A stretch of 64,000 nucleotides of DNA from Patescibacteria group bacterium. Its GTDB lineage: Bacteria; Patescibacteriota; Minisyncoccia; UBA6257; GWB1-50-10. The position numbers and the translations under genes are program-made. The first letter of the stretch is position 1. Every line of letters begins with the position of its first letter. Positions 12,356-21,186 of the stretch are shown here, one piece after another. The notes under the pieces are model-generated. The model did not search any database. It saw only the letters and a list, made by a program, of their open reading frames with translations, and had not been told where the DNA came from. The stretch covers positions 42,262 through 106,261 of the forward strand of contig JANBVK010000001.1 of the NCBI GenBank assembly GCA_024239035.1, written 5' to 3'.

Positions 12356-13492
12356 ATGTCCATCCCGCATCTTAACCAATCTAATTTAAAAAAATGGCGC
12401 GGTAAAACCTGCATATTGCGCGCTGATTTGGATATTAAATCCGGCGAAGAACATATCACTCTTCGAATCCCTGCCATTCTCCCAACAATACATCTACTCT
12501 TAAAACACGAAATTAAAGTAGTGCTCGTGGGTCATAGGGGGCGTCCTACAACACGTAAGCCGACGTTAAGTCTTAATCCTTTTGCAAAACTCATCGCTAA
12601 AAAACTGAAACAAAAAATAACCTTTATCCCTCATTTTAACTTTTCCCGTATCCAGAAACAAATCCAAAAATCAAAAAACCAAGTGTTCCTACTTGAAAAT
12701 CTACGCTTTCTACCCGCTGAACGAAAAAATAGCACCCGACTAGCCAAAACACTCGCTAGCTTAGGTGATTTTTTCGTAAACGATGCCTTTGCCGTCTCGC
12801 ACCATAAAAACGCCTCCGTCGTCGCAATCGCTAAATTCCTGCCATCTTACGCCGGCCTGCATCTTGAGCTTGAAATGCAACGTCTCACATATGTAATGAA
12901 ACATTTTAAACATCCGCTAACAATTATTTTAGGAGGGGTAAAAGTATTAGGCAAAGTAGGGGTTATCCAATATTTTTGGAAGAAAGCCGACCATTTTTTA
13001 TTAGGGGGTGGACCGGCTAACACTTTCTTTATGGCACAAGGTTTGCCAATAGCTGACTCAATCTCTGAGCCACGCGCAGTGCCACTCATAAAAAAATTCA
13101 TCAGTTCGGATAAAATCAAACTGCCGACTGATCTAAAAATTAAAAATCGTCAAATTTTTGACATCGGCCCGCAAACAGTGAGAGAATATGGCAAGCTTAT
13201 CAAGCGTTCCAAAACAATTGTATGGAGTGGTCCTTTAGGTTTATTCGAAAAGAAAGAATTCAGAGAGGGTACGAGGGGAATTTGGAAGGCAGTTTTATCC
13301 GTCAGCCGACGGAACAAAAAGGCATTGATTGTCGTAGGCGGCGGCGAAACCGCTGCATCATTAAAATTAATCACTAATTACAAATCACTAATTACTAGAA
13401 ACAAAAATATTTTTATCTCCACCGGCGGCGGCGCAATGCTGGCATATCTATCTGGAAAGAAATTGCCAGGAATTGAAGTATTAAAAAAATAA
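12356..13492 (+). CDS. pgk: phosphoglycerate kinase
   Basis: ILRADLDIK...ITLRIPAILPTI matches PGK N-terminus (RVDFNVP...RIRAALPTI); VVGGGETAASL matches the GGGD(T/S)A hinge motif; TATAAT lies 11 nt before the start. Confidence 0.85.
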   Translation: MSIPHLNQSNLKKWRGKTCILRADLDIKSGEEHITLRIPAILPTIHLLLKHEIKVVLVGHRGRPTTRKPTLSLNPFAKLIAKKLKQKITFIPHFNFSRIQKQIQKSKNQVFLLENLRFLPAERKNSTRLAKTLASLGDFFVNDAFAVSHHKNASVVAIAKFLPSYAGLHLELEMQRLTYVMKHFKHPLTIILGGVKVLGKVGVIQYFWKKADHFLLGGGPANTFFMAQGLPIADSISEPRAVPLIKKFISSDKIKLPTDLKIKNRQIFDIGPQTVREYGKLIKRSKTIVWSGPLGLFEKKEFREGTRGIWKAVLSVSRRNKKALIVVGGGETAASLKLITNYKSLITRNKNIFISTGGGAMLAYLSGKKLPGIEVLKK

Positions 13493-13494
13493 AC

Positions 13495-14346
13495 ATGAAA
13501 AAAATAGTCGTTCTATACCACTCTGATTGTCGCGACGGATTCAGCGCCGCATGGGTTGCGTGGAAAAAATTTAAAAACAAAGCCGACTACGTCCCGATTG
13601 AAGCAAGGGTGCTTCCTAAAAAACCGCTGAAAGGAAAAGAGATTTATGTTTTGGATAATAGTTTTCCGGCTTCAACTCTCAAGCGTCTCATAAAAAACAA
13701 CCTGAGTCTTATGGTGATTGACCATCATAAAAGCAGCGAAAAAGACGTCAAAAGCATCCCATCTCACGTATTTGATTTAAATCACTCCGGAGCAGTGCTC
13801 TCTTGGAAATACTTTCATCCCAAGAAACCGGTACCAAAGTTCCTCCGTTACGTGGAGGATGCGGATATTTGGCGTTTCAGAGAACCTTTCACTAAAGAGA
13901 TAAGCACTCGGCTCAATCTGGAAGAATTCACGTTCACGCGGTGGACCCACTTGGCAAATTTACTTGAAACAGCGGCAAAAAGAAAAAAGTACGCCGAGGA
14001 AGGGAAACTACTCCTTCGTTATAAGCACATGCTCATTGACCGACTGGTTGCCAAAGCGAATGACGTTGTTTTTGAGAAAATAAAAACAAAAGCCGTAAAC
14101 TCGCCTTTATTTAGATCAGAAGTCGGTCACATATTAGCAAAAAAACACGGACCCATTGGTATTATCTGGCGTCAAAGTAAGGAAAAAATAAACGTTTCCC
14201 TGCGGTCAAACGGAAAGGTTGATGTTTCAAAGCTCGCGGCAAAATACGGTGGGGGAGGGCATAAGGCGGCAGCTGCATTCACGCTTGGCATAAACAGTAA
14301 ACTCCCTTGGAGATACCTCAAACCCAAAACAAAAAATAGAAAATAG
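13495..14346 (+). CDS. DHH/DHHA1 phosphoesterase (NrnA-like nanoRNase/pAp phosphatase)
   Basis: DHH motif VIDHHK; DHHA1 motif GGGHKAAAAF. Confidence 0.75.
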   Translation: MKKIVVLYHSDCRDGFSAAWVAWKKFKNKADYVPIEARVLPKKPLKGKEIYVLDNSFPASTLKRLIKNNLSLMVIDHHKSSEKDVKSIPSHVFDLNHSGAVLSWKYFHPKKPVPKFLRYVEDADIWRFREPFTKEISTRLNLEEFTFTRWTHLANLLETAAKRKKYAEEGKLLLRYKHMLIDRLVAKANDVVFEKIKTKAVNSPLFRSEVGHILAKKHGPIGIIWRQSKEKINVSLRSNGKVDVSKLAAKYGGGGHKAAAAFTLGINSKLPWRYLKPKTKNRK

Positions 14347-14765
14347 TGGACACTCTTTTTGAAAATAAAAAAATAGTTATCTACACCGATGGCGGCGCCA
14401 GGGGTAACCCAGGCCCCGCCGCAATTGGCGCTGTCGTGGGAAACAAAAGGTATGCCGATACGATAGGGGAGACAACCAACAACGTCGCCGAATACAAAGC
14501 GATAATCTTCGCCCTTAAAAAAGCAAAACATTTAATCGGGAAAGCAAAAAGCAAGGAATCCGAAATAGAAGTGCGCTCAGACAGCGAACTTATAGTGAAG
14601 CAGCTGGAAGGGGAGTACAAAATTAAAGACGAAGAATTAAAACCTCTTTTCGTTGACGTTTGGAATTTAAGGCAAGATTTCAAAAATATTGAATTCACGC
14701 TCATTCCCCGGGAAGAAAACAAAGAAGCTGATAGACTGGTAAACGACGCGCTGGACTTGACTTAA
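14346..14765 (+). CDS. rnhA: ribonuclease HI
   Basis: IYTDGGARGNPGPAAIGAV ... C-terminal EENKEADRLVNDA; RNase H type 1 fold motifs. Confidence 0.8.
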   Translation: MDTLFENKKIVIYTDGGARGNPGPAAIGAVVGNKRYADTIGETTNNVAEYKAIIFALKKAKHLIGKAKSKESEIEVRSDSELIVKQLEGEYKIKDEELKPLFVDVWNLRQDFKNIEFTLIPREENKEADRLVNDALDLT

Positions 14766-14832
14766 CATTAGATTTCTGCTATTCTAAAACATTCACTATT
14801 GGAACATTAACAATTAGATATGGAGGTATAGA

Positions 14833-15525
14833 GTGAGTGAACACGCGGATTGTGAGAAGAAGATTCGTGAGTTGGAGAGAAAACTGGACGATGCAAGAAG
14901 AGAAAACAGACAAAAACTGGACGATGCAAAAAGAAAAAACAAACAACTTCAAAAACTCGCCCACCGAGATGAACTCACCAAACTTCTGAACCGTCGCGGA
15001 TTTGGTAACGGTTTCGAAAGATTTTTGGGGGAAGCGTTTGCGTCCGGGCGCAGTTCGGAACGAAGGTCGCACGCCTCAAAAACCGTTGTTAGTTTGGCTA
15101 TTATAGATGTCGATCACTTCAAAAAACTGAACGACGTCTACGGCCACGACGCCGGCGACGAGGCGCTGAAGGTGCTAGCCAAACTTCTCACGAAGTTAGT
15201 GAGGCACATTGACTTCGTCGCCCGGTGGGGCGGAGAAGAATTCGTCGTCGGTTTCGTCGGCGCAAACGAGGAGGACGCAGCACGGATCGTCGAGAAAATC
15301 AGAGCCGCGGTGGAAAAACTTAAAATTTCCTATAAGAGGGAAAAACTGTGTTTTACCATAAGCGCGGGTGTCGCAACCTCTAACCGAGCGCGGAGTTTTG
15401 ACGAGTTGCTCCGAAAAGCCGACCGGGCTCTCTTGAAAGCGAAGGGAGGAGGCAGGAATCGGGTGGTGAGATACAGCCAAGCAGAACAGGTGCCGTCAAT
15501 TCCCAAAACCGCCGTCGCAAAATGA
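14833..15525 (+). CDS. diguanylate cyclase (GGDEF domain) with N-terminal coiled coil
   Basis: RWGGEEFVV active-site GGEEF; LAIIDVDHFKKLNDVYGHDAGD; GTG start after GGAGGT; GC-rich relative to flanks. Confidence 0.8.
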   Translation: MSEHADCEKKIRELERKLDDARRENRQKLDDAKRKNKQLQKLAHRDELTKLLNRRGFGNGFERFLGEAFASGRSSERRSHASKTVVSLAIIDVDHFKKLNDVYGHDAGDEALKVLAKLLTKLVRHIDFVARWGGEEFVVGFVGANEEDAARIVEKIRAAVEKLKISYKREKLCFTISAGVATSNRARSFDELLRKADRALLKAKGGGRNRVVRYSQAEQVPSIPKTAVAK

Positions 15526-15603
15526 TAACTAATTCAAAAACAAGACCCGAGGTCAATGATCTCGGGTCTCTTGTTATTATGTAATCTTGATTTTAATCAA
15601 GTT

Positions 15604-15618
15604 TTATGCTAGTATAAT
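15604..15618 (+). promoter_or_regulatory. promoter of rnpB (ttttatgctagTATAAT)
   Basis: TATAAT at 15613-15618, 4 nt before the P1 helix start; same ttttatgctagt motif precedes the lipoprotein gene at about 18428. Confidence 0.5.
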
Positions 15619-15621
15619 TTT

Positions 15622-15960
15622 GGTAAGTCAAGCGATAGCGCTTCGCGCAAGCGGAGTGAGGAAAGTCCGGACACTCCTGTCTGCCGAAAGGTAGGTAGTA
15701 ACAAGGTAGCGGCTAACAGCCGTCGTTCGTAAGAATAGAGGTGCGAGCAGTGACGTCCTAAGGTGAAAGCTAAAGGAAGACCCAATCCCAAGCTTGCTGG
15801 TCTAACTCCGTGATAGGGATAACAAAGCGGAGATGAAACGGCTAAATCCTTACTGAGTGCAAGGTCGTACTGTCAGTTTGACAGAGTGCCGCATTGAGCC
15901 TGAGGGTAACCGATGGCCCAGACGAATTATCGCATAAACAGAATCCGGCTTATGACTTGC
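15622..15960 (+). ncRNA. rnpB: RNase P RNA (bacterial type, reduced, about 339 nt)
   Basis: GAGGAAAGTCCGGAC (P4 5' strand), AAGGTGAAAG, ACAGAATCCGGCTTA (P4 3' strand); P1 ggtaagtca/tgacttgcc. Confidence 0.8.
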
Positions 15961-15996
15961 CCCGAGCACTTAAATCTTAGGTGCTCGGTTTTTTTA
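15961..15996 (+). terminator. rho-independent terminator after rnpB
   Basis: ccgagcac-loop-gtgctcgg followed by TTTTTTT. Confidence 0.6.
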
Positions 15997-16035
15997 TTTA
16001 CACCTTCTGTTCCTTGTTGTAATATAAAAAGTTCA

Positions 16036-16509
16036 ATGATTATTACCCCACCAGAATTTCTCCACGACCGCAACGCGGCAATTATTTTCCTAGCCGGTCC
16101 GATTAAAGAAACTCCTCTCTGGAGAGAAGAGGCGATACGTATTATCCAAAGCAAAGACAAAACTCTCTGTATTGCATCTCCCCAGAGACCTGGAGAAATA
16201 GAAGAAGAGTTTAGGGGAAAGAAATTCCATGAACAAACCAGGTGGGAATTATTTTATATTAAGCGTGCTCTTGAGAAAGGAGTCATGTTATTCTGGTTTC
16301 CAAAAGAACAGCCGTACATCAGAAACTCAGGCCTTGAATTGGGGATAGCACTCGCCTCAAAAGGAAATATGGTCGTCGGTATAGAGCCAGGGTTCTCTGA
16401 AGTTTATCTTCGTATGACTATTGCTGAAACATGCCCCGACGTTAAAGTATGCAGCACTCTTGAAGAAACGTGCGTCACTGCGGCACAACTATTACAAGCG
16501 GCTCGATAA
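16036..16509 (+). CDS. hypothetical Rossmann-like protein, possibly nucleoside 2-deoxyribosyltransferase-like
   Basis: Start moved to MIITPPEF, because the annotated 15913 start lies inside rnpB; AAIIFLAGPI motif resembles NDT-like folds; weak. Confidence 0.35.
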   Translation: MIITPPEFLHDRNAAIIFLAGPIKETPLWREEAIRIIQSKDKTLCIASPQRPGEIEEEFRGKKFHEQTRWELFYIKRALEKGVMLFWFPKEQPYIRNSGLELGIALASKGNMVVGIEPGFSEVYLRMTIAETCPDVKVCSTLEETCVTAAQLLQAAR

Positions 16510-16563
16510 TGAGCCGCTTTTTTTTGATCCTTGAGAGGCGTTTCTCTTTTTAAAAGTGATACT

Positions 16564-16600
16564 TGACGAATAGCATATTATATGCTATTATCTGCTCAGA
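16564..16600 (+). promoter_or_regulatory. promoter TTGACG-17-TATTAT with overlapping 21-bp palindrome aatagcatat-t-atatgctatt (candidate operator)
   Basis: Read directly, upstream of the 16635 ORF. Confidence 0.5.
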
Positions 16601-16634
16601 TCTTCTATTTAGACTATACACAGAAAGGACAACG

Positions 16635-17186
16635 ATGTATAAGCGATTGGTGGTTGCAATTGTGGTGGCTATCGGGATACTCCCGACAACCACCTTCGCC
16701 CAGTCAGGGAATGTTCGGATATTGCTCCACGGAACGAAGACGATCACTGAGAATGGCTTCTTCGGTTGGAGTGGGTGGGTTGTAGCACCGAATGTCGCGA
16801 ACGTCCCAAGTAAGTGGCTTGTCGTGACCGGTCCGCGGCTTCAGACCGATAAGTGGTGGAGCGAGTTCAATTTCGGCGCTTTCGTCCACGATGGCGAGAC
16901 GACACCCACAATCGACATCCGCACCGACTGGCCGTTTCCTGCGCCCTTCTCGTTCTGGACCAACTTTCAATTGACCGATTTTTCTTCGTTCTACGCCTAC
17001 GGCGAGGTGAACTACACTCTTCCGGGCGGTTTCATCATCGGTATTGAGAGCGAGAACGCTCTACCAGACAAGTCGGTCGGTCCTCATCTGTTGATCCCAT
17101 TCGGCGAAGCAGTGATCCAATTAATTTACCAGTTTCACGAGGGAGAGGATCAGTTGTGGTTCCGATTGACGGTCAACTTCCGTTAA
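16635..17186 (+). CDS. secreted Trp-rich hypothetical protein
   Basis: RBS AAAGGA; signal peptide MYKRLVVAIVVAIGILPTTTFAQS; GC-rich; hairpin terminator at about 17200-17240. Confidence 0.5.
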   Translation: MYKRLVVAIVVAIGILPTTTFAQSGNVRILLHGTKTITENGFFGWSGWVVAPNVANVPSKWLVVTGPRLQTDKWWSEFNFGAFVHDGETTPTIDIRTDWPFPAPFSFWTNFQLTDFSSFYAYGEVNYTLPGGFIIGIESENALPDKSVGPHLLIPFGEAVIQLIYQFHEGEDQLWFRLTVNFR

Positions 17187-17484
17187 GAGCGGATAGAGCA
17201 CAAAAGGCGGGTCAGTAACAAACTGCACCCGCCTTTTACATTTCTTCGGTGAACCCCCGCCAACTTTTCTCACGTTCTAGAAGGTTTTCTTGCAGTGAGT
17301 ATACGCCGAAGTGTGTAAAAAAATTATCGAGTGAAGCTTCGCCTCTAAGAAAAGTGTCTCGGAGCCCGAGCGGGCATGGTTCGAAGCGTTGCTAAGAGAG
17401 CGAGGGTGAGAGTCAAGCGGGTGAGCGGCTCGCTGGGCCGCGAGACCCCGTCTTTTCGTGAGGCGAAGCTAAGCGAGAGACTTT

Positions 17485-18246
17485 CTAGAGATACCCAGCC
17501 TTCTTTAACCAATCCACATTCTCCCACTCCCACAACTTCTTCGCTCCCAAAAACGCTTCAAAATCTTCCTGCCAATAAGGGAATTCTCTAAGCTCAACAT
17601 GCCCCTCAATTTCACCCCACTCATGATTACACTTTCTCATAAAAGAGTTCCCCCAATCAACTTTTATCTTATCCCTGCCGCCTTTACTCCGGAGGACAGC
17701 GCCGCAGTTTAAGCAAGGTCGGCTCTGGTCAATACGCAGAATCCAACGAGTCTCTAATTTCTTAACTTGGTTTTTCATCGCTGCAATATAAGCAGAAGTT
17801 TGAAGATTATAGTCCCTGTAAATTTCTTGAGATGTCTTAATGTCCATAATACCCATTTTCCCGTCAATTAAAGCAACGGCATCAAGCGTCCCGGCATATC
17901 TATGCTCATAATTCACCAATCGCTTCTCAATATAATCATGGTCAACTTGAATGTTTCTCTTGGTCATAAATCTCAAAAAAGCTTTGATAGAGGGCTCAAT
18001 AGAGGAGGGGACTTCCGGTTTCTTTCCGGTCAAAATCTTCTCAATTACCTCATGAACCAAGGTTCCTTCCTTAGCTGAATTATTTTTAACCCTCTCGGCG
18101 GCCGCAAAATTACTCATCCCCGCATAAAAATAATAGAGAGCCGGTTTTGACTTAATATTCACTATCTTCGTCACCCGCGGATACCAAAATCCCTCAATCT
18201 CATATCCGCAAAGCTCTTTAAACTTTTCAACATCTCGGTAATACAT
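17485..18246 (-). CDS. PD-(D/E)xK nuclease superfamily protein (Cas4/RecB-like fold) with C-terminal Cys cluster
   Basis: GTLDAVALIDGKMGIMDIKTS (D..D-x-K); CLNCG...CNHEWG cysteines. Confidence 0.5.
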   Translation of the reverse strand: MYYRDVEKFKELCGYEIEGFWYPRVTKIVNIKSKPALYYFYAGMSNFAAAERVKNNSAKEGTLVHEVIEKILTGKKPEVPSSIEPSIKAFLRFMTKRNIQVDHDYIEKRLVNYEHRYAGTLDAVALIDGKMGIMDIKTSQEIYRDYNLQTSAYIAAMKNQVKKLETRWILRIDQSRPCLNCGAVLRSKGGRDKIKVDWGNSFMRKCNHEWGEIEGHVELREFPYWQEDFEAFLGAKKLWEWENVDWLKKAGYL

Positions 18247-18325
18247 ACAACCTCCATCTTAACAAGCGTTTAACTTTCTAACAAGATTTTTGAAACTTGC
18301 TACTAAAAAATAATACATTGACCGG

Positions 18326-18394
18326 CGGGGCTTTTTTTTCAAATTTAGAGCGTCTTCACTAGTACCACATATATATGTGGATAAAGTGAAGATC
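18326..18394. repeat. about 65-bp repeat unit (cggggcttttttttcaaatttagagcgtcttcact + imperfect palindrome ..ccacatatatatgtgg..), copy A
   Basis: Near-identical to 19087-19148; palindrome core shared with 7536-7573 and 57860-57893. Confidence 0.7.
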
Positions 18395-18488
18395 AACATA
18401 ACCATTGACAAAAAGTAGATTTTATGCTAGTGTCTTTAGTAGCACATCGCAGAATTCACTCTTGATGCCTAATAGGCGGAGGATACAA

Positions 18489-19022
18489 ATGAGTAGCAAG
18501 ATTACAGTTTGGTCTCTGGCTTGGGTGCTGGTTGCACTCAGCGCCTGCTCGTCGAGCAGTGAGATGGATTCGTTACCACTTCAAGAACAGACGGATTCTC
18601 AGGCCCTGCAATTGCAATGTCCCGAAGGAGTTGCCGCCTGCGAGTTCCCGGTAGTTGTGTCGGACGATTTCTTTTACTCGACTCGCTGGCTCATATTGCC
18701 CGGCGAGGTCGAGGAGGTTGGTCGTCGGCTTGGGTCTTCGCTCGAGTCCATCACCTCGTCGGAAACGGGATGGGTAAAAGAGATCACGTGCCCGCTCATG
18801 TTAACTAGCGAGGGGGCAACAACTCGGTGTTGGGATACTCTGTGTCGCTACGCCATGGGTGACGACACATGTGATGTCGCATCAGTGGCACAGCATCTAG
18901 TGAATGTGGTTGGTGGCTCGAAGCCCGATGAGTTAAGGCTTTTAGGCCTGACGAACCCAATAGAGGGTGGGTACTGGGGCTACGAGCGGGCACTGCTCGT
19001 AGCCTTCTATTACCGCCGCTAA
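18489..19022 (+). CDS. lipoprotein (lipobox LSAC), GC-rich, hypothetical
   Basis: RBS GGAGGA before ATG at 18489; MSSKITVWSLAWVLVALSAC lipobox; far higher GC than surroundings. Confidence 0.6.
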   Translation: MSSKITVWSLAWVLVALSACSSSSEMDSLPLQEQTDSQALQLQCPEGVAACEFPVVVSDDFFYSTRWLILPGEVEEVGRRLGSSLESITSSETGWVKEITCPLMLTSEGATTRCWDTLCRYAMGDDTCDVASVAQHLVNVVGGSKPDELRLLGLTNPIEGGYWGYERALLVAFYYRR

Positions 19023-19064
19023 CACTCCGCTGGTTTCAATTTATAGTTCGCGAGAACGACAAAG

Positions 19065-19097
19065 CCCCGCGGTCATCATCGACCAGCGGGGTTTTTT
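19065..19097 (+). terminator. rho-independent terminator (ccccgcggtc/gaccagcgggg plus T-run)
   Basis: Hairpin plus TTTTTT after the lipoprotein gene. Confidence 0.6.
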
Positions 19098-19148
19098 CAA
19101 ATTTAGAGCGTCTTCACTTCATCCACATATGTGGATGAAGTGAAGATA
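19087..19148. repeat. copy B of the about 65-bp repeat, with perfect 34-bp palindrome cttcacttcatccacat|atgtggatgaagtgaag
   Basis: Read directly. Confidence 0.7.
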
Positions 19149-20534
19149 TTATTTTTTAACTAATAAATCAGTATATTCCACAATATCCCCGGCGCCCATC
19201 ATTACAATTACCGAATTTCTGATTTCGAATTTAGGATTTAGGATTTCCGCCCGCAGGCGGGTGGGGGAGGGGAGATAAGAAACATCAAGCTTTCTTTTTT
19301 TAATTTTTTCCGCAAGATCTTTGGAGGTATACCCTTTATGCACTTTGTCGCGGCCGGCGACCTGGTAAATTGGTAATAAAATGAGGTAATCAACTTCTTG
19401 AAAAGCGGTTGTAAATTCCTTAAACAAGTTTTTTAAACGGTGAGCCTGATGTGGTTGAAACACGCAAATAATTTTCTTTTTAGGAAATTTTTCACGGAAA
19501 CCTTGAAGAGAGGCTTTTATCTCGGTCGGGTGATGAGCGTAATCGTCGTAAACAGGAATTTGCGATTTGCGATTTGCTATTTGCAGTTTGCCGCGAAGTT
19601 CCATTCTTCGCCATGCACCGCGATACCCGCCAAGCGCCTGCAAAATTACCCGCTCGCTGATTCCGAGCACCCTTGCTAGAGTATAGGCCGCGAGGGCATT
19701 TGATACGTTGTGCGTACCCGGCACCTTAAGCACTTTCTTAATTTTCTTGGATACATTGGGAGTCAAATAATACCAAACAACCCGAACTTTATGTCTTTTA
19801 CAAATAATCTGAACCCTGCTTTTCAAACTATAAAGATTCTTATTATCTTTGTTTAAAACTAAAACACCACCGGGCCGAATATTTCTGATAAATCTTAGAA
19901 ACGCCTTTTTAACGTTAGAGAAATTTTTATAGTAATCTAAATGTTCGCGGTCAACATTAGTAATAATTGCAAAAGCGGGGGAGTAGTTTAAAAATGATGC
20001 TTTCCACTCATCAGCCTCAATTACCAGATACTCGCTCCGGCCAAACCGAAAGTTTTTTCCGCCCGCCGGCGGACTGAACTGCCGAAGTTTCGTCCCGACA
20101 ATAACTGTTGGATCAAAACCCGCCTTAACTAAAATTAAAGAAAGTAGGGAAGTGGTGGTGCTCTTGCCGTGAGTGCCGGCAACGGCAATGGTTTTATATT
20201 CCTGACTTACGTCGCTCAACGCCTGCGGGTAGGATAAAGTTCTGACTCCTCTCCTCTTAGCTTCCTTAAATTCCGGATTTATTGGGAGAACAGCTTGACT
20301 GTATATAACCAGCGTGGTTTCAGGACTATGCCTGTCCACCACAGGCAGGTTGGCTTTTTTATGGCCTATTTTGACCTTTACACCTTCTTTTTTGAGGTCT
20401 TGAGTGATTACACTCGAACAGAGATCAGACCCCGAAACAGCCCAATTTTGAGCCAAAAACCACCTCGCAAGGGCACTCATCCCTATTCCTCCTATACCTA
20501 TAAAATGAACTTTATTTTGCCGTTTTTTCATCAT
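19149..20534 (-). CDS. murC: UDP-N-acetylmuramate--L-alanine ligase
   Basis: VHFIGIGGIGMSALARW signature; GTHGKSTTTSL ATP-binding; start set at MMKKRQ. Confidence 0.9.
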   Translation of the reverse strand: MMKKRQNKVHFIGIGGIGMSALARWFLAQNWAVSGSDLCSSVITQDLKKEGVKVKIGHKKANLPVVDRHSPETTLVIYSQAVLPINPEFKEAKRRGVRTLSYPQALSDVSQEYKTIAVAGTHGKSTTTSLLSLILVKAGFDPTVIVGTKLRQFSPPAGGKNFRFGRSEYLVIEADEWKASFLNYSPAFAIITNVDREHLDYYKNFSNVKKAFLRFIRNIRPGGVLVLNKDNKNLYSLKSRVQIICKRHKVRVVWYYLTPNVSKKIKKVLKVPGTHNVSNALAAYTLARVLGISERVILQALGGYRGAWRRMELRGKLQIANRKSQIPVYDDYAHHPTEIKASLQGFREKFPKKKIICVFQPHQAHRLKNLFKEFTTAFQEVDYLILLPIYQVAGRDKVHKGYTSKDLAEKIKKRKLDVSYLPSPTRLRAEILNPKFEIRNSVIVMMGAGDIVEYTDLLVKK

Positions 20535-20766
20535 TTTAGACACGGGTCTTTTACCCCTAAAAATCACGAGGGGAGTAGTATGATTTAAAAATCCTATCTG
20601 TCGCACAATATACCTTTTGTAACAGATGGGTATCTATTACAAAAGATTGCGGCCATTTTACAACAGTTGATTTAAGAAACTATCGTAAAATGGCCTTTCT
20701 TTATATTATGTCCTATTTATCTTACATAACAAGCATAGAAAAACCCGCCTAAGCTTCTAAGCGGGT

Positions 20767-21090
20767 TTAAACTTTCTCCAATAGATCCTGTAATCCCTTG
20801 AGAAATGTCTCCTCGGGAGCAGAATCACCATCGGATTCCCTAGTCCCAATCACGAACGGGAATTGGCGTTCGAAACGAAATACTTTCTTGTCCTCTCTAG
20901 CTATAGTGATAAATAGAAATCGGCGCCTAAAACGAATAAGCACGTAACGCCACTGGTTACTAGCACCCAAAAACGCGCCGAACCCATGAAGCGGAATGGT
21001 ATAACCACTCCTTAACAGTTCCAGCATCTCCTCTACGACCGCGCGATCAAAGTAATAAGACAGCGGTTTCTGTTCTATATCCTCCTGCAT
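20767..21090 (-). CDS. hypothetical protein
   Basis: 107-aa ORF, no motif recognised. Confidence 0.35.
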   Translation of the reverse strand: MQEDIEQKPLSYYFDRAVVEEMLELLRSGYTIPLHGFGAFLGASNQWRYVLIRFRRRFLFITIAREDKKVFRFERQFPFVIGTRESDGDSAPEETFLKGLQDLLEKV

Positions 21091-21186
21091 ACTTTACCCC
21101 ACCCCTTCTATTTTAGTAAATTGTCAAAGTTCTCCGCGAGCTATTAGCATAAAAAACCCACTCACAAAAAGCAAGCATATTATAAC

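Noticed and set aside
15913-16035. Annotated N-terminal extension MAQTNYRINRIRLMTCPEHL of the 15913 ORF
   Set aside because: It overlaps the 3' part and terminator of RNase P RNA. A downstream ATG at 16036 is the plausible start.
19553-19590. CRISPR-like appearance of the atttgcg tandem repeat
   Set aside because: The units are 7 nt, lie inside murC coding sequence, and have no spacers. It is not a CRISPR array. No CRISPR array was seen anywhere in the window.
20295-20588. Plus-strand ORFs antisense to murC, obg, pilB and others
   Set aside because: They are antisense shadows of well-supported genes with no independent signals.
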